A stretch of 64,000 bases of DNA, taken from Dimorphilus gyrociliatus. Taxonomy: Eukaryota; Animalia; Annelida. The position numbers were made by a program, and so were the translations under genes. Below the pieces are notes generated by a model. It worked only from the letters and a program-made list of their open reading frames with translations. It made no database searches and was not told the origin of the DNA. The stretch spans positions 78,453-142,452 of the forward strand of contig CAJFCJ010000068.1 in assembly GCA_904063045.1 (NCBI GenBank). The letters run 5' to 3'. Positions 23,317-36,089 of the stretch are shown here, one piece after another (position 1 is the stretch's first letter; every line of letters starts with the position of its first letter).

Positions 23317-25386
23317 ATGGTCTGTGTAACATGGCCATTTATAGTATTTATTCTTTTTATAATGGCTCCTTTAGGGATATCTATTGGCAATCCTGTAAAA
23401 GAGGAGAAAGTTTGCAAAAGTGAAACTTGTCACATGGTTTCAAATATATTTTTAAGCAGTTTTGGTGAGAAGTAAGTAATTATTAGATAGTTGAACCTAG
23501 AATTAAATATGTCATCCCTACTTAAAATCATATAGTACAAACAATATTTGTTGCAAAATCTTTGAAAAGTCACTCATTTGGCAAAAAGAGGGAATATTGT
23601 ATGGTTTAACAACTGCAAGTAAACCATTGTATCAGCATGTTTTGGCAAAACAAGAAAATGCAACTTTTGATAATCGGGGATTAGAGAATTGCAGAATTTA
23701 TTACCAGTCCTGTTTAGACCATTCTCAAACAATTGAAAAGTTAGGAGCAGAGCCTCTACTTGGTCTAATTAGAAGCTTAGGTGGTTGGGGTGCTGATAAC
23801 AAGTCTTCTGTTTCAAAAGAAAATTTTCAGGACACAATAGAAAAGCTGACAGTACACAATATTTCACCTCTATTTTCCTTGAGAGCTACTAAGGATAAGA
23901 AGAATTCATCAAGGATTTTGTACCATTTAGAGGAAGGAGATTTGGAATTAAAAAGAGATCAGTTAATAAATGGAACACAGCCATTGAATATAAGTAGCAA
24001 CAAAGCACTAACATCTTTTAAAAAATACATAATGAACATAAATGAACTATTAGGAGGAGAGAAGAGTTCTTCTCAAAAACTGGCTATTGATATTATAACA
24101 TTCCATCAAAAAATAGCAAGTGTAAGTCTCAACTTCCATTAAAGGTATCATTATTCTCTGAATTATTCATTAATAGTTTAGCAGTAATAAAAAAGAGAAG
24201 AAAAATGACATTAAGATGTTCACATTTAAAGAATTACAAGAAGAATTCCCATTTGTAAGTAGTTTTTGTTTGTTTGTTTGGCTTTACTTATTGAGTTGTT
24301 ATTTTTTCTTCATTCAAGATGGATTGGCTTCAGTTTGCTAATAATCAATATAAATTTCATAATATTAGTAAAGTTATTAGTGAGGATGTGTCTGTTGCTA
24401 TTCCATCCAATAGTCAATATTTTTATAAATTAAATACATTTCTTAATCAAACTCAACAAACTAAAGAAGGAAATAGAACTTTACACAATTTTTTGATATG
24501 GCAAGTCATTCAAGATTCTATTTCTTCCCTTTCAAAACCATTTAGACAAGCAAAAGAAGAATTTGATGGTAAAATTTCTGGGAAGAGAAGCAACAATGAA
24601 AGATGGCTTAACTGTTTAATTGATATCAGTAAGTTGAACTAATTAAAAGTGATTAGAATTTACTTTAAAAATTTTAAATTTCTTAGAAAAAGACATTGGA
24701 TCTGAACTTGTTGAAACATTTGTGGAAGCAGCTTTCTTTAGAGAAAGTGAAAGGGAAATTAACATTGCAGCAGACGAAATAATATCTAGTTTTGAGCATA
24801 GAATACAAAAAGTGGATTGGCTATCTTCAAAAATAAAGAACAAAATCCATGAAAACATATTAATCATTACTGATAAGATAAAACATCCATATTTTGTACA
24901 AAAGGAACATATCACTTATCAAATATATGAAAATTGGAACCCTAAGATATCTGAATACTTTCAAAATAGATGGAATTTAAAAGGTACTATATATGAAGTT
25001 TCTAAAAATGAAATACATATTCCAGAAGGTGTATTACAAGAACCATTTTACTACCCTAAAAACTTTCCAAAATCAGTCAGTTATGGCGCAATAGGTCATG
25101 TTCTTGGACATGAATTATCTCATGGTTTTAGTGATAGTGCTGAGGTGAAGGTTTTTTTGCCAATATTTTATATATATGTGAAATAATATTTTGTTTACCT
25201 TTAGAATTTTGACAAGAATGGAGAATTAAAAAAAGAAATTGATAATAATATACAAGATTTAGCCAATAACCTAACAGTCGAAGAATTTAACTTACCTGGC
25301 CTTGAAGATAAAACACCTAAGGAGCTGTTCACCATGTCCTATAGATATTCCTCGTGCTTAGCAAACAAGCCAACATTTTGCTCATA
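23317..25386 (+). CDS. Divergent M13-family (neprilysin/ECE-like) metallopeptidase, multi-exon; 3' end may lie in the gap
   Basis: N-terminal hydrophobic anchor then VCKSETC; EIHIPEGVLQEPFY; GHVLGHELSHGF (HExxH); NFDKNGEL; LPGL...ELF. GT-AG introns near 23472-23535, 24629-24688 and 25147-25204. Confidence 0.85.
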
Positions 25387-25579
25387 ATTTAAACATAAGG
25401 AAAGAAGAACTAAAAAATTCTTCTCAGATTTTGTTTCACTCAATTAATTACTAATCAATTATTTCCAGAAGCCCTTAAATACATTTTGCAAAAGGTGTCA
25501 GTAAATACCAAATTATCATTGATTTATAGTTGTTATCATAAGTATTATAGAGTTTACTACCAGTTTTTTTTTAATTTTG

Positions 25580-26543
25580 NNNNNNNNNNNNNNNNNNNNN
25601 NNNNNNNNNNNNNNNNNNNNNNNNNNNNNNNNNNNNNNNNNNNNNNNNNNNNNNNNNNNNNNNNNNNNNNNNNNNNNNNNNNNNNNNNNNNNNNNNNNNN
25701 NNNNNNNNNNNNNNNNNNNNNNNNNNNNNNNNNNNNNNNNNNNNNNNNNNNNNNNNNNNNNNNNNNNNNNNNNNNNNNNNNNNNNNNNNNNNNNNNNNNN
25801 NNNNNNNNNNNNNNNNNNNNNNNNNNNNNNNNNNNNNNNNNNNNNNNNNNNNNNNNNNNNNNNNNNNNNNNNNNNNNNNNNNNNNNNNNNNNNNNNNNNN
25901 NNNNNNNNNNNNNNNNNNNNNNNNNNNNNNNNNNNNNNNNNNNNNNNNNNNNNNNNNNNNNNNNNNNNNNNNNNNNNNNNNNNNNNNNNNNNNNNNNNNN
26001 NNNNNNNNNNNNNNNNNNNNNNNNNNNNNNNNNNNNNNNNNNNNNNNNNNNNNNNNNNNNNNNNNNNNNNNNNNNNNNNNNNNNNNNNNNNNNNNNNNNN
26101 NNNNNNNNNNNNNNNNNNNNNNNNNNNNNNNNNNNNNNNNNNNNNNNNNNNNNNNNNNNNNNNNNNNNNNNNNNNNNNNNNNNNNNNNNNNNNNNNNNNN
26201 NNNNNNNNNNNNNNNNNNNNNNNNNNNNNNNNNNNNNNNNNNNNNNNNNNNNNNNNNNNNNNNNNNNNNNNNNNNNNNNNNNNNNNNNNNNNNNNNNNNN
26301 NNNNNNNNNNNNNNNNNNNNNNNNNNNNNNNNNNNNNNNNNNNNNNNNNNNNNNNNNNNNNNNNNNNNNNNNNNNNNNNNNNNNNNNNNNNNNNNNNNNN
26401 NNNNNNNNNNNNNNNNNNNNNNNNNNNNNNNNNNNNNNNNNNNNNNNNNNNNNNNNNNNNNNNNNNNNNNNNNNNNNNNNNNNNNNNNNNNNNNNNNNNN
26501 NNNNNNNNNNNNNNNNNNNNNNNNNNNNNNNNNNNNNNNNNNN
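25580..26543. other. Assembly gap (N run)
   Basis: Continuous Ns. Confidence 1.
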
Positions 26544-26683
26544 NTTTAATATTTGTCTCGTTTTCGAGCGAAGCGTTGTATATATATTTGGAGAGTGTTT
26601 TAGAGTAAAGCCTATACTGCAAATCTAAAGAATTGAATGTAATAAACACGCGAGTATATAGTTGAACAATTAGAGAAGAATGC

Positions 26684-27455
26684 TTGAATGTTTGTATTCA
26701 CATTGAAAGTCTAGCAAATAATTGTCACTATCACCTATATGATATTGAAATTGTCTTGCAATTGAGCAACTATACTTTAATTGATAAGTGGGAAAATTCC
26801 ATTTTTTCACCAGATAAAAGCCTAGAAACTCTGAAAAAGATTTCCCTTGTAAGTGGCATATTGTTGAAAAAGCTATGACGTAATTTATTTTCTTGTCAAA
26901 TATCAGCGGCATTCGAAAGATTCGTTTGGAGAAGAGAGCAAATGTTTGTTGAATAAAGAAAAATCATCTGAAAATTTTTACACGGAGTTGACTTTCTAAA
27001 ACATCTTACACAAAGTACATTTTGGTATTTTGAACACGTGACTCTTTCCTTTATACTGCAAAAGTTGATTACCTATCAATCTATCTATTTGGTGGAGAAT
27101 ACTGACATTCTGTTGCTTCTAAATCTGGCCAAACTGGTTATGTTTTTTTCCTCTAAAATCAATAGAATAATTAAGTTGGTGTAGTTTTGCCTGAGACGAT
27201 AATTACTGTTTGAGGCGCAAGCCGTTTGTTCACTAAATAATCTATCAAACTGCATTGCTCTGCAAAAATTGTCACGTAATAACATCGGTGTTGGGTGCTA
27301 TCAGCTATACGTTGTTAGTTAATCTCTTATATAGCGACCACTATCAATATGTTACTGCGGACGATTACGGAAATCTGGACCATAACTACATTTGTAACAA
27401 ATTAGGATATTCTTCTTTTCATTCAGCAGAGATGTTTTGTCTCTCAGGTGAATGA
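26684..27455 (+). pseudogene. Fragments of another SRCR-like repeat gene
   Basis: LVSGILLKK and HNYICNKLGYSSFHS match the GIL..K / IC..LGY.(S/D)FHS motif of the local family; fragmented. Confidence 0.45.
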
Positions 27456-28019
27456 TATAGAGCGTAATAAACAACGGAGAATGAATTCCAGATTTTGCTG
27501 AATTACTACTTTTTGCAGATTTCGGCTACGAATATACAAGTTTTGCTATTACACCAACAGTAAAATTACACCTTTTTTTTTTCACTATTTCGCTTTACTT
27601 GAACGTTTATATCTCTGTTTACGCTATCATCTTAGTTCTGCCATATGTTGAGGACGCATTTCTTTGAAAAGTACCCAGTTGTAACGTCGTATAAATATAC
27701 AAACGACTTTGAATTTGGTGAATACATCTTCACTTCTTTTTCCTTCCTTATTACCAGTTTATTTTTTCCGTTCAATTAAGAATCGTTTGAAAATGAATTT
27801 CCATATAGATTTTTGAATCAGAATGACAAGAAATAACAAAATCGAAATAAAAGAACTAAATGAAATAGTAACTAATGTATGCCTAGACTACTTCAAAATA
27901 AATCTCTTTCTTTAATAAAAACGTGCATTTGAAAAAGGTGTTGATTTGACAATTAGGGTTAGGAAAGTTTTCTCTACTACCGATAGGTTTAGGGTTAGAG
28001 TCCCATAGGTTGGCACTGA

Positions 28020-28435
28020 CGTATCTAAATTCTGATGAAAGTCAAATAAATTTCACCAAAGGTTTAGGAAATCAGAATGTTTTACGGGATGTCAGAGTTA
28101 ATTTTTGTGTAGTTTAATTGGACTGTCACAAGCTCATCCAAACGGAGTTGAGACAGTTCACTCTGGAACAGTTCAAGCCTTTTGACATCAAGCTACAGGT
28201 GCATATAACTTCAGGTTCACCTTACTGTTTTAGTCAAATGGTCCTCTTTTCAACTGACTCTTTCCTTCAAAGATCATTTGGAAACAACCTCTCTGGAACA
28301 AGTCTTGCACACTTCAACATTGGCTGGTAGCTTGGCAACCTACTATTACCCACAATCTACTCTGCTATTGAACTTTCATATTGTTACTTGCTTAAGTATT
28401 CTATTTCAAATAAACCATTTAAATTAAACACTTAC
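28020..28435 (+). mobile_element. Diverged LTR remnant related to the LTR at 50624
   Basis: ATCATTTGGAAACAACCTC...TTGGCAACCTACTATTAC...CTACTCTGCTATTGAACTTTCATATTGTTACTTGCTTAAGTATT...AATAAACCATTT aligns with 51015-51180. Left boundary approximate. Confidence 0.8.
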
Positions 28436-28869
28436 AAATAAATAGTTGGATTCTGGAATTCAAAGTAACCTCTTCATGACACAATCCAATTTTACTGATA
28501 ATTAATTAATTTATACAAGAAGCATATCCATTCAATTTTCAAATTTATAAAAAGATTCCAAGTAGTTTTTGCAATGGATCTCTCTGTGTAAGTAATTTAT
28601 ACAGAGTTTTAGTCTTTTATCAATTAGTTGATATTTTTTATGAAATATTTCAAATGAGAAATCTCACTCACAAAAGATTTTATTCTAAAGTGATAAATGC
28701 ATTTACAGGCATTGATTTGTTATCAAATTTCATTAAAAACTTGTTTAAATATTGTGCAAAACTAACATTTACAAGAAAAGAAAAGCCATTATAAAAAGAT
28801 CAAATGTTCAAATTTTTCATGCAACTTGAATGTCTACAAGAATCTTTTTGAAAAGCATTAAATTCAATT

Positions 28870-30955
28870 ATGGCTTCAATCTTTAATCTCTTAATTAAAT
28901 TTCTCATATATTTTCTATTTATAATTGAAATTTCTCCATTTTGTCAAAACTATAAAGGAAGATATATAATGAACATTAATCAAAGAAATGCTAATTTCTC
29001 CATAGATGCAATAGAAGAGAATGAAAATTTTATCTATGGAATATTAAAAATTAAAATATTATCAACAAGTAAAATTGGACAACTTGGTTTTATTCCATTT
29101 CCAAAAAATCAATTTTCAATTACATATTTCCAAAATATATGCAATTCAATGGGATATGATTCAAAGTTTAATCTTACTCAAGCTTGTGCAGTGGACCAAC
29201 ACAGTAAAAATAGATTTTTAAAAATAATCACCAATTTCTAAAAACTCAATTATTTTCAACATTTTCATTAGAAAGAGCAGAATACATTTTGGTATTTAAT
29301 AATAACCAAGTTCAGTTGTGAGTTGTTTTGTCTTGTACTAATAGTGTTTTTTTGTAAGAAACTTCAAAATAAAACTCTGTTCAATAGGTTTGAATATTCT
29401 GAAAGAATGAAAATGAATATAGCTTTAGTGTGTTTAAAATGTTTCATTATTCATAAACCTTGTAAGGAAAAAAAACCGAATATTTAATCAAGTAGAAAAT
29501 ATCCATGATTTCTAGTAGTCTTTTGTAGATCAGTTGACTGACCATAGTATATTAAGATAAGAATGGATATTTTCTGTCAATTTTTTCAAACAATGTTCAT
29601 GCAAGCACCAATTAAACTGATTTTTTTCATCTTTTCAACTAGTTTTATTTGCCTATGAAATAAAAACTTCAAAATATCAACTATACGTGAGATTTAATGG
29701 AAAAACTATTATGTTATTGAGACACTATAATGTGAAGACAGCAAATCAATGCAAAAATGCTTTATTCTTTCAAAATTATCATGAAATGATTGATATAGAC
29801 AGCAATTATTTTGCTGTATTATATAATAATAAACTATTAAATTTTTATAACATTAATAAATACAATGATTTTAGTCAATTAACATTTCTTTGTGACTTTT
29901 CACAGTTAAAAGGTTGGTGGATGACTCATCTTTAAATTGAATTGTTTAGATAACACTTGAATTATTTCTGCTAGATTTTGTGATTGAAGAAATGCCAAAG
30001 TTTTTTCTTAGTATCATTTTCAAAGATTTACCATTTCCAGTTGGAACACATTTTATGATAAATTCCAAAACATTGGGACATTTTCCACTGTTCTTCAATT
30101 GGGAGGAAAATAATTTCAAAATTGGAACATCTTTGTGTAAATTACAATCAAAAATACTTGGACCAGAATATAAAGTTATAGATTTGAGAAGAAGTCTGAG
30201 AGCATACTTTGCAGATAGCTGTAGAACAATTAGTAATCATTTTTATGAGAGTGTCATATCACTTTCAAATTGTAATTTGATAAAAGATGATTTCACCACC
30301 TGTACAATGTCAAATACTCAAAATAATATTAAAATATTGCTTGTAGTCTGTGAAACAGGACCATATAATGGTTTTTATTTCTGTTTATTAATTTTTAAAT
30401 TAATAATATTTAAGTAAAATGGGAAAATTTCCATAGATTTTCATTATAGACTTTACAGAAACACTAACAATACATTAAATTTTGGCACTAGTCACAATCT
30501 TACACAATTTGTTGGAAATTTACAAATCCTTTATATACAAAGTTTTTTTATAATAAAAAGTTTATGTAACATTCCAACCAAAATTTGACAATTTTAATGT
30601 GATTTTTACCTTTTCTTTTGATTTTTCATTATAATGCTTCTAGTAATGATATTATCAATTTTTAAATATATACATCATGCAATAATTCTGACTCTTCTGA
30701 TGAATTTCACTTTAACAAATAATTATTTACTAAGGTTTGATAAAAAAATCAAAATCTTGAGAACACATCCTTTATTTGCAATGATCTTTTCATTAGCAGT
30801 CAAATTAAAGAAAAATATTGTCTTTGTTTTAAAACATGCCATATCAAGTGCATTCAAGGTTTGTATTATTTATGACTTTACAGTATCATGCATTCAAATA
30901 ATTCAGATCCATCATCAAATTCGCCATTATTTTTGAGTTGTTTTCAAATCTCAGA
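28870..30955 (+). pseudogene. Signal peptide plus SRCR-like repeat exons, truncated or degenerate
   Basis: MASIFNLLIKFLIYFLFIIEISP; YGILKIK...ICNSMGY; 145-aa exon ending LLVVCETGPYNG. Segment 30845-30955 is paralogous to 40425-40535. Confidence 0.55.
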
Positions 30956-31244
30956 TGCCTGGGATACATTCCACCCCAAAAAATAAGCCTACTACATTGT
31001 AATATTGATATTTCAGAGATACGTTTTGTTTGAAGTGCTTTGAATCCAATAAGAAGATGTCAGATTTAAAACTTGTTTTAACAAAAAATTGGTGAATAAA
31101 ATGGATAAAAAAGTAGACAATACATGAAAATACTGACTTTATTAAATTATAACTTGAGATTAAAGCTAAACACACAATTACAGTTGCCATAGCAATAGCA
31201 CAAACATTTTTATAATAGAGTACACTGAAAAGAAACTTTTCTAA

Positions 31245-33240
31245 TCAAGTTTGTTGAGAGTTTTTCAAATCCAAGCTACTTGTTTTACTTTTTAATATTG
31301 GAGATTTGCAGCATCCAATCAATTGCAGAAGTTCATTCTTAAATGTTTCACCACATAGGCAATAAAATATAAAATTGATCACATGATTTAAACTGTTAAT
31401 GATCAATATAAATTCATAAATGATATGCACTGTTTGCGATTGATAGAGATGTGGTGCAAATTTAAGTATATGAATATTAATGACAGAAACTGGAAATGTT
31501 GTGATGATGAATGATGTTGATAATAGAAGAGTTAAGATAGTTAGTTTATTTGTTGTTCTTTTCAATTTATCATCATTGGTATTATTACTTTTTTCACCAA
31601 AATTAGTCATTTTTGTGGTATGAACCTTTAATTTATAAAGTATAAGAATATTTAATATTCCATAATATTGATGGAAATAAAGAATAAATAAGGTTATGAT
31701 TGAGATAAAAGTACTCTTCAAGAAAATTATTGACACCAGGATTGGATGGAATACAATGAACTACTGTTGGTGTAAACCGTATAGGCGTTTCATTTGCACT
31801 AAATTTTACCAAACTCATTCCAATTCCATAGATGATTATAGCAAAATTATCATACTGCAAATTTTAAGTGTAGACCAAACTTTTGCCTTTACAGGAAATG
31901 CAATACACAAAATCTATCAAAAGTAACAGCACAAGAGTTAAAGATGATTTGTGTAAAAGAAAGTATATAAATCTGAAAATTTTACAATCAACCAAAGAGC
32001 AACCCTCATACAACTCTTATTGTACTTTGTTGTATTGTAATTGTAGGAATTTCTGGTTCGTCACAACTGTAATCGTCCTTTCCAATCATTTCCAACTTGC
32101 CAAAGTACTGGTCCAAATGAACTTTAAAGTTCGTCCACAAATAGTCTAACAAAGGCAATTTCGGTAGAAATTGATTAACAAAACACCAGTATTTCGTCAA
32201 AGAATATGTATTGAGTAAAATGAGCTTCTAGTTCTAAACAGCTAGTTTAAACAACTAGCTGACGGTTAGAAAACTGAACTATCAACTGTTAATTTCGTAG
32301 GGTTTATATACTCTTTAAGGGTTGATAGTTCACAAATTTCAATGTTCACAAAACAAAAGTAACATTTAAAGACAAGAAAAGTTCTAAATATGGTCATGTT
32401 TTTATTGTTTTCCTCTTCTAAATAATAGTTGAATTTCGAAGGTTGGAGAGTTGCATAAGATGTAACAATTTTAGTAGGACAAGTCCAACATCAAGAAACA
32501 TGTAGATTGTATATTTGACCGTTTTTATATTACCTTAATAATGATATTCAATTGATTGAGTTAGTAAATTTAGCATCAGCATATAAGGAGGAAGTATATC
32601 TGATTAATGCATGTTAAGAAGAAAGTATTGTGTATACAATACTGTTGAATAGTGAATATAATCTAAACTTAGAATTTAAGCATAATTGATAATTAATTGA
32701 ACTAGTTTTAGTTCGAAATCATAAATGTATGGATTAATAAATTGTAATATTAATGCTAGGTTGCAAATAGCAAATATTCTTTATATAATTCAATAGGTTT
32801 TATTACTGCATAATGTGTATGCACTGCCTATGCGAAACTAGGTCACTACTGCTTATTTTATCAGTGCTATCTGCATAGTACAATACTGGTTCAATACTAC
32901 TTCTCTATTGTAGAAATAGCTGACGAATGTATGTGTACACTTATATTTAGAAAGTATACCCTCTCATTCATTGCCAACTATTATTAGAAGATCAGCTAAT
33001 GTACAATTAACATATACCTGAAAAGGTAGTTTTCCATAGATTACTCTTCAAAATTGTAATCACTGACATTAGATTAAATGGAATTCCAAAACAATACCAA
33101 CTGATATAAAAATATTGGTGTTATTAGTTCTGCAAATTTCTCCATAATAGGTAGGCTACATATGTTTTGCTGGTAGCATTTTCAGCATTAAGAAAAGTAG
33201 GATTCAATGTCACATTCATGTTTACTTCAAAAATTTCTGT
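31245..33240 (-). pseudogene. Class A GPCR pseudogene (paralog of 2962-4026) split by a solo LTR
   Basis: TM1-2 remnant (GIPFNLMSVITILKSNLWKTT...LADLL) at ~32945-33240. TM3 (CAVTFDRF..FPVKAKVW) at ~31850-32015. TM6-7 (FIITTFPVSV, NHVINFIFYCLCGETFK) at 31245-31736. Several frameshifts. Confidence 0.85.
32021..32939 (-). mobile_element. Complete solo LTR (family 2), 919 bp
   Basis: Termini TGTAC...GTACA; perfect 5-bp TSD CTTAT (32016-20 and 32940-44). Confidence 0.9.
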
Positions 33241-33499
33241 CTGCATTCTAACAGCAATAATTTGCTATCTTTATGCTGAAAGATGAATAGGAAATAATAG
33301 GATTAAGTAGCCTTACTTAATTTGATATTTAATTAATTTCTTATTTGATACGAGTGCATTGATATATTAAAAACACTAGTAAATCAAGCCAATCAAAAAA
33401 TTAAAAAATCAATCCTTATATCCCTTTTGATTGTTCTTCTTTAATTTTTGCACATACAACTCAAGATTAATTATCACTGGTTCTACTTTAAATTTTTCC

Positions 33500-33749
33500 A
33501 CAATATCCTGTTCTGGAAGTGGGAAGAACTTGATGAAGCCCTTCCATTAATAGGAGAGCTTTTGACCAGTCCCATTCATAATATTAGGAGTTCTTTGTTC
33601 AGTTGAGTTCTTTTTCTCTAGTTCCAGTAGGAGCTCCTTGTTTCTCTTATTAGCTTCCTCTAATTTGTTATTAGCTTCCTCCAGCTTACTGGAGCTTGCT
33701 TTGATTGTACTTTCTAACTCTACCACTTTGTTCCTAAGATCTAAGTTAT
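33500..33749 (-). other. Coiled-coil-encoding fragment running out of a gap, origin unknown
   Basis: NLDLRNKVVELESTIKASSSKLEEANNKLEEANKRNKELLLELEKKELN with a short tandem KLEEAN repeat; GC higher than flanks. Confidence 0.35.
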
Positions 33750-33844
33750 NNNNNNNNNNNNNNNNNNNNNNNNNNNNNNNNNNNNNNNNNNNNNNNNNNN
33801 NNNNNNNNNNNNNNNNNNNNNNNNNNNNNNNNNNNNNNNNNNNN
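33750..33844. other. Assembly gap (N run)
   Basis: Continuous Ns. Confidence 1.
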
Positions 33845-34203
33845 ATAAGAACATTCTCTAAATGAAAACAACAGAATAATGTTTTTCAGAAGAATGAATA
33901 TATTTTTATTGTTGATTTTTTAAAAAACATTTAAAGAAATATCTTTGAATACTAGTTTTAGACATTGTAGAGTTACAGTTGAAATAATTGATGTCAACTT
34001 TTTGGATAAAAAATTTAGATACTCCATTAAACCATTAATATAAAATGAATATTCATTTTAATCTAGATAATCTAACAATTTCATTTGGCTTTAAAAAAAA
34101 AGTTACAGTAAGTTTAGCATTTTTTTCAAAAAATAATAGAAAAACCTATCCAAAAAAATTTTAGATACAGATTTTTAAAATTGTTTGGTGAACGTCATTC
34201 ATT

Positions 34204-35755
34204 TTGTATAAAATGTTTCTTTATTCAAAAAATGTGCAAGAGAGATTAAAATATATTATATTTGTTAGATTAAAATTGATAAAAAATTATTTTTTTTTTA
34301 ACATAGTTTTCTTTGCTACAACATTCACTAATACTCAACAGCCATTTCAAATTATGTCAAGATATAACGAAACGAGTTACTTTGTTCAATTTCAAAATAT
34401 AAAACAAATATTAAATTATGTTCTAAGACACAATTTTTTAAAAGAAATTTGAAAAAAATTGCAGTAAATTCAAAATTTTATTTATTTGTTGATGGTAGAG
34501 ATTTAAATAAGTTTAAAATTCAAAAAAATTGATTCAATTGTAAATTTAATGAATTAAATGGTAAAATTCAAAAAAAGAGCTGAAAAATGAGTACTTTTTT
34601 GTGATAATTGTAAATTTTTTTTAGATAATGTTATAGTAGAAATATTTTCAATCTATGAACAGGAGCTGAAACTTTATGGATTCTATTTGATCAAATCAAA
34701 AACATTTGGTTTTTTACCACTGAATTTCAAATTCAATGAAGATTATATAAATAGTGGCAAAGGTATATGCAAACTAAAAGGAGAGTTGGCAAGTCCAAGT
34801 CAGCCTTTTTTTCAAATTTACAAGATATCAAGTATGCCTTAAATAGGAGCTTGCTGAAATTTTTTTAAGTGATTGCTTAAAAATTCAGGATAAACATTAT
34901 AGTATTTGTCCACTAATTAATCAACATTTACACCAAGTTGGAAATGTAGTTCTAGATTATTGTAAATGGGATAATACAGCATTGTGGGGATGCGAAATTT
35001 TTGATATACACAAACAAAATGCTTATACAACTAGACCACATTGTGTAAAGAAACAAGATTTTCAAAGTCAAAAAAAAACAAATTTATTATTAAAATATTT
35101 TCTTCTATCAAGACAAAATATTTTCAGATTTTGCTTTCAGGTTACATTATAATAAATCATCTTTATATTATACAAAGAATAATCAAACCAAATTTAAATT
35201 TATATGAGTATTTCAAGTGTTTTATAATGAGTTTTGGTATAAAGTAAGACTAATAGATTTAAAATATTTGGAGATTACAGCAATTTGTAAATATTTTGGA
35301 TTTTGGAGTGGAACAATTACACAGTGGCCAGAACATAAGAAATTAGGAACAAAGGAATTCTTTTCATTTAAATGTAATGGCACATCATTGAAAGATCATT
35401 GTACTGTTTCTCTTTTTCCTCAAAAAAAAATTGATTTAAAGTATCTAAACACAATCTTTCCAGATTCGACAGAAAACGTCCACAAATTGGTGCTTTTACC
35501 CTAACCCTAACCCAGCCCTTAGCTGTAGCTAACCTTTTCCATTAGCCCTAACCCTTAGAGGAGACTCTCCTAAGTAAAAATCAGTTGCTGTTTTCTTCTG
35601 CCTAACCATTTCTCAATCCAAATTTTAGACCTAAAATTTCTCATTTGTGGACATTTTCTGTCGACCCCAAATTTTTCCAATCTTTTTTCTATCACTTTGC
35701 TACAGAAATGAAAATCTTGTATATGGAGAACATAAAACACCAAATTTTGCAATTG
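34204..35755 (+). pseudogene. SRCR-like exons; 5' part of a receptor gene whose continuation is now inverted
   Basis: AICKYFGFWSG...FKCNGTSLKDHC is clearly SRCR-like. The last exon joins 38066 on the minus strand when the inversion is undone. Confidence 0.6.
35462..35669. mobile_element. CCCTAA-containing MULE-like MITE
   Basis: TIRs TCGACAGAAAACGTCCACAAAT / ATTTGTGGACATTTTCTGTCGA. Internal ACCCTAACCCTAACCC. Imperfect 9-bp TSD AATCTTTCC/AATTTTTCC. Confidence 0.8.
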
Positions 35756-36089
35756 TGCACTTGCTTTTTACCTCACTGTATTGTAGCCTGAGGAATTTCA
35801 TCGCACTCTTGTAGCCTTCCTTGGGTGAGTATCTGAATCTTCTAATATCTTTCTTCACATCGTTACTTAGTTGAGTATACAGCAGTTCAAATTTCTCCCA
35901 TTCCTCAACCTCGCCATATTTAGCCACAATGCTTTCATGCCTTACTATAAAACCTTCAAACACTTTGGGCTCTCCTTCAAATAGAATTGTGGTAATCGGG
36001 ATTATACTTTCTCTTCTTTCTGTTTTTGTTGGTGTACCCATTTTTTGCTCACTTGTCATCTTTGCCATTTGGGCTTCTAGCCTTTCCAT
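35748..36089 (-). mobile_element. gag: Bel/Pao gag N-terminal fragment (DUF1759-like)
   Basis: FEGEPKVFEGF...EKFELLYTQL...GYKSAMKFLRLQY, typical of Bel/Pao Gag. Confidence 0.75.

Noticed and set aside
32340-32580. GPCR TM1-like remnant on the minus strand
   Set aside because: Lies inside the TSD-bounded solo LTR; the real TM1-2 remnant is at ~32945-33240.
11283-33865. ORF-track entries spanning N runs (11283-12425, 25486-26649, 33638-33865)
   Set aside because: Artefacts of translating assembly gaps.
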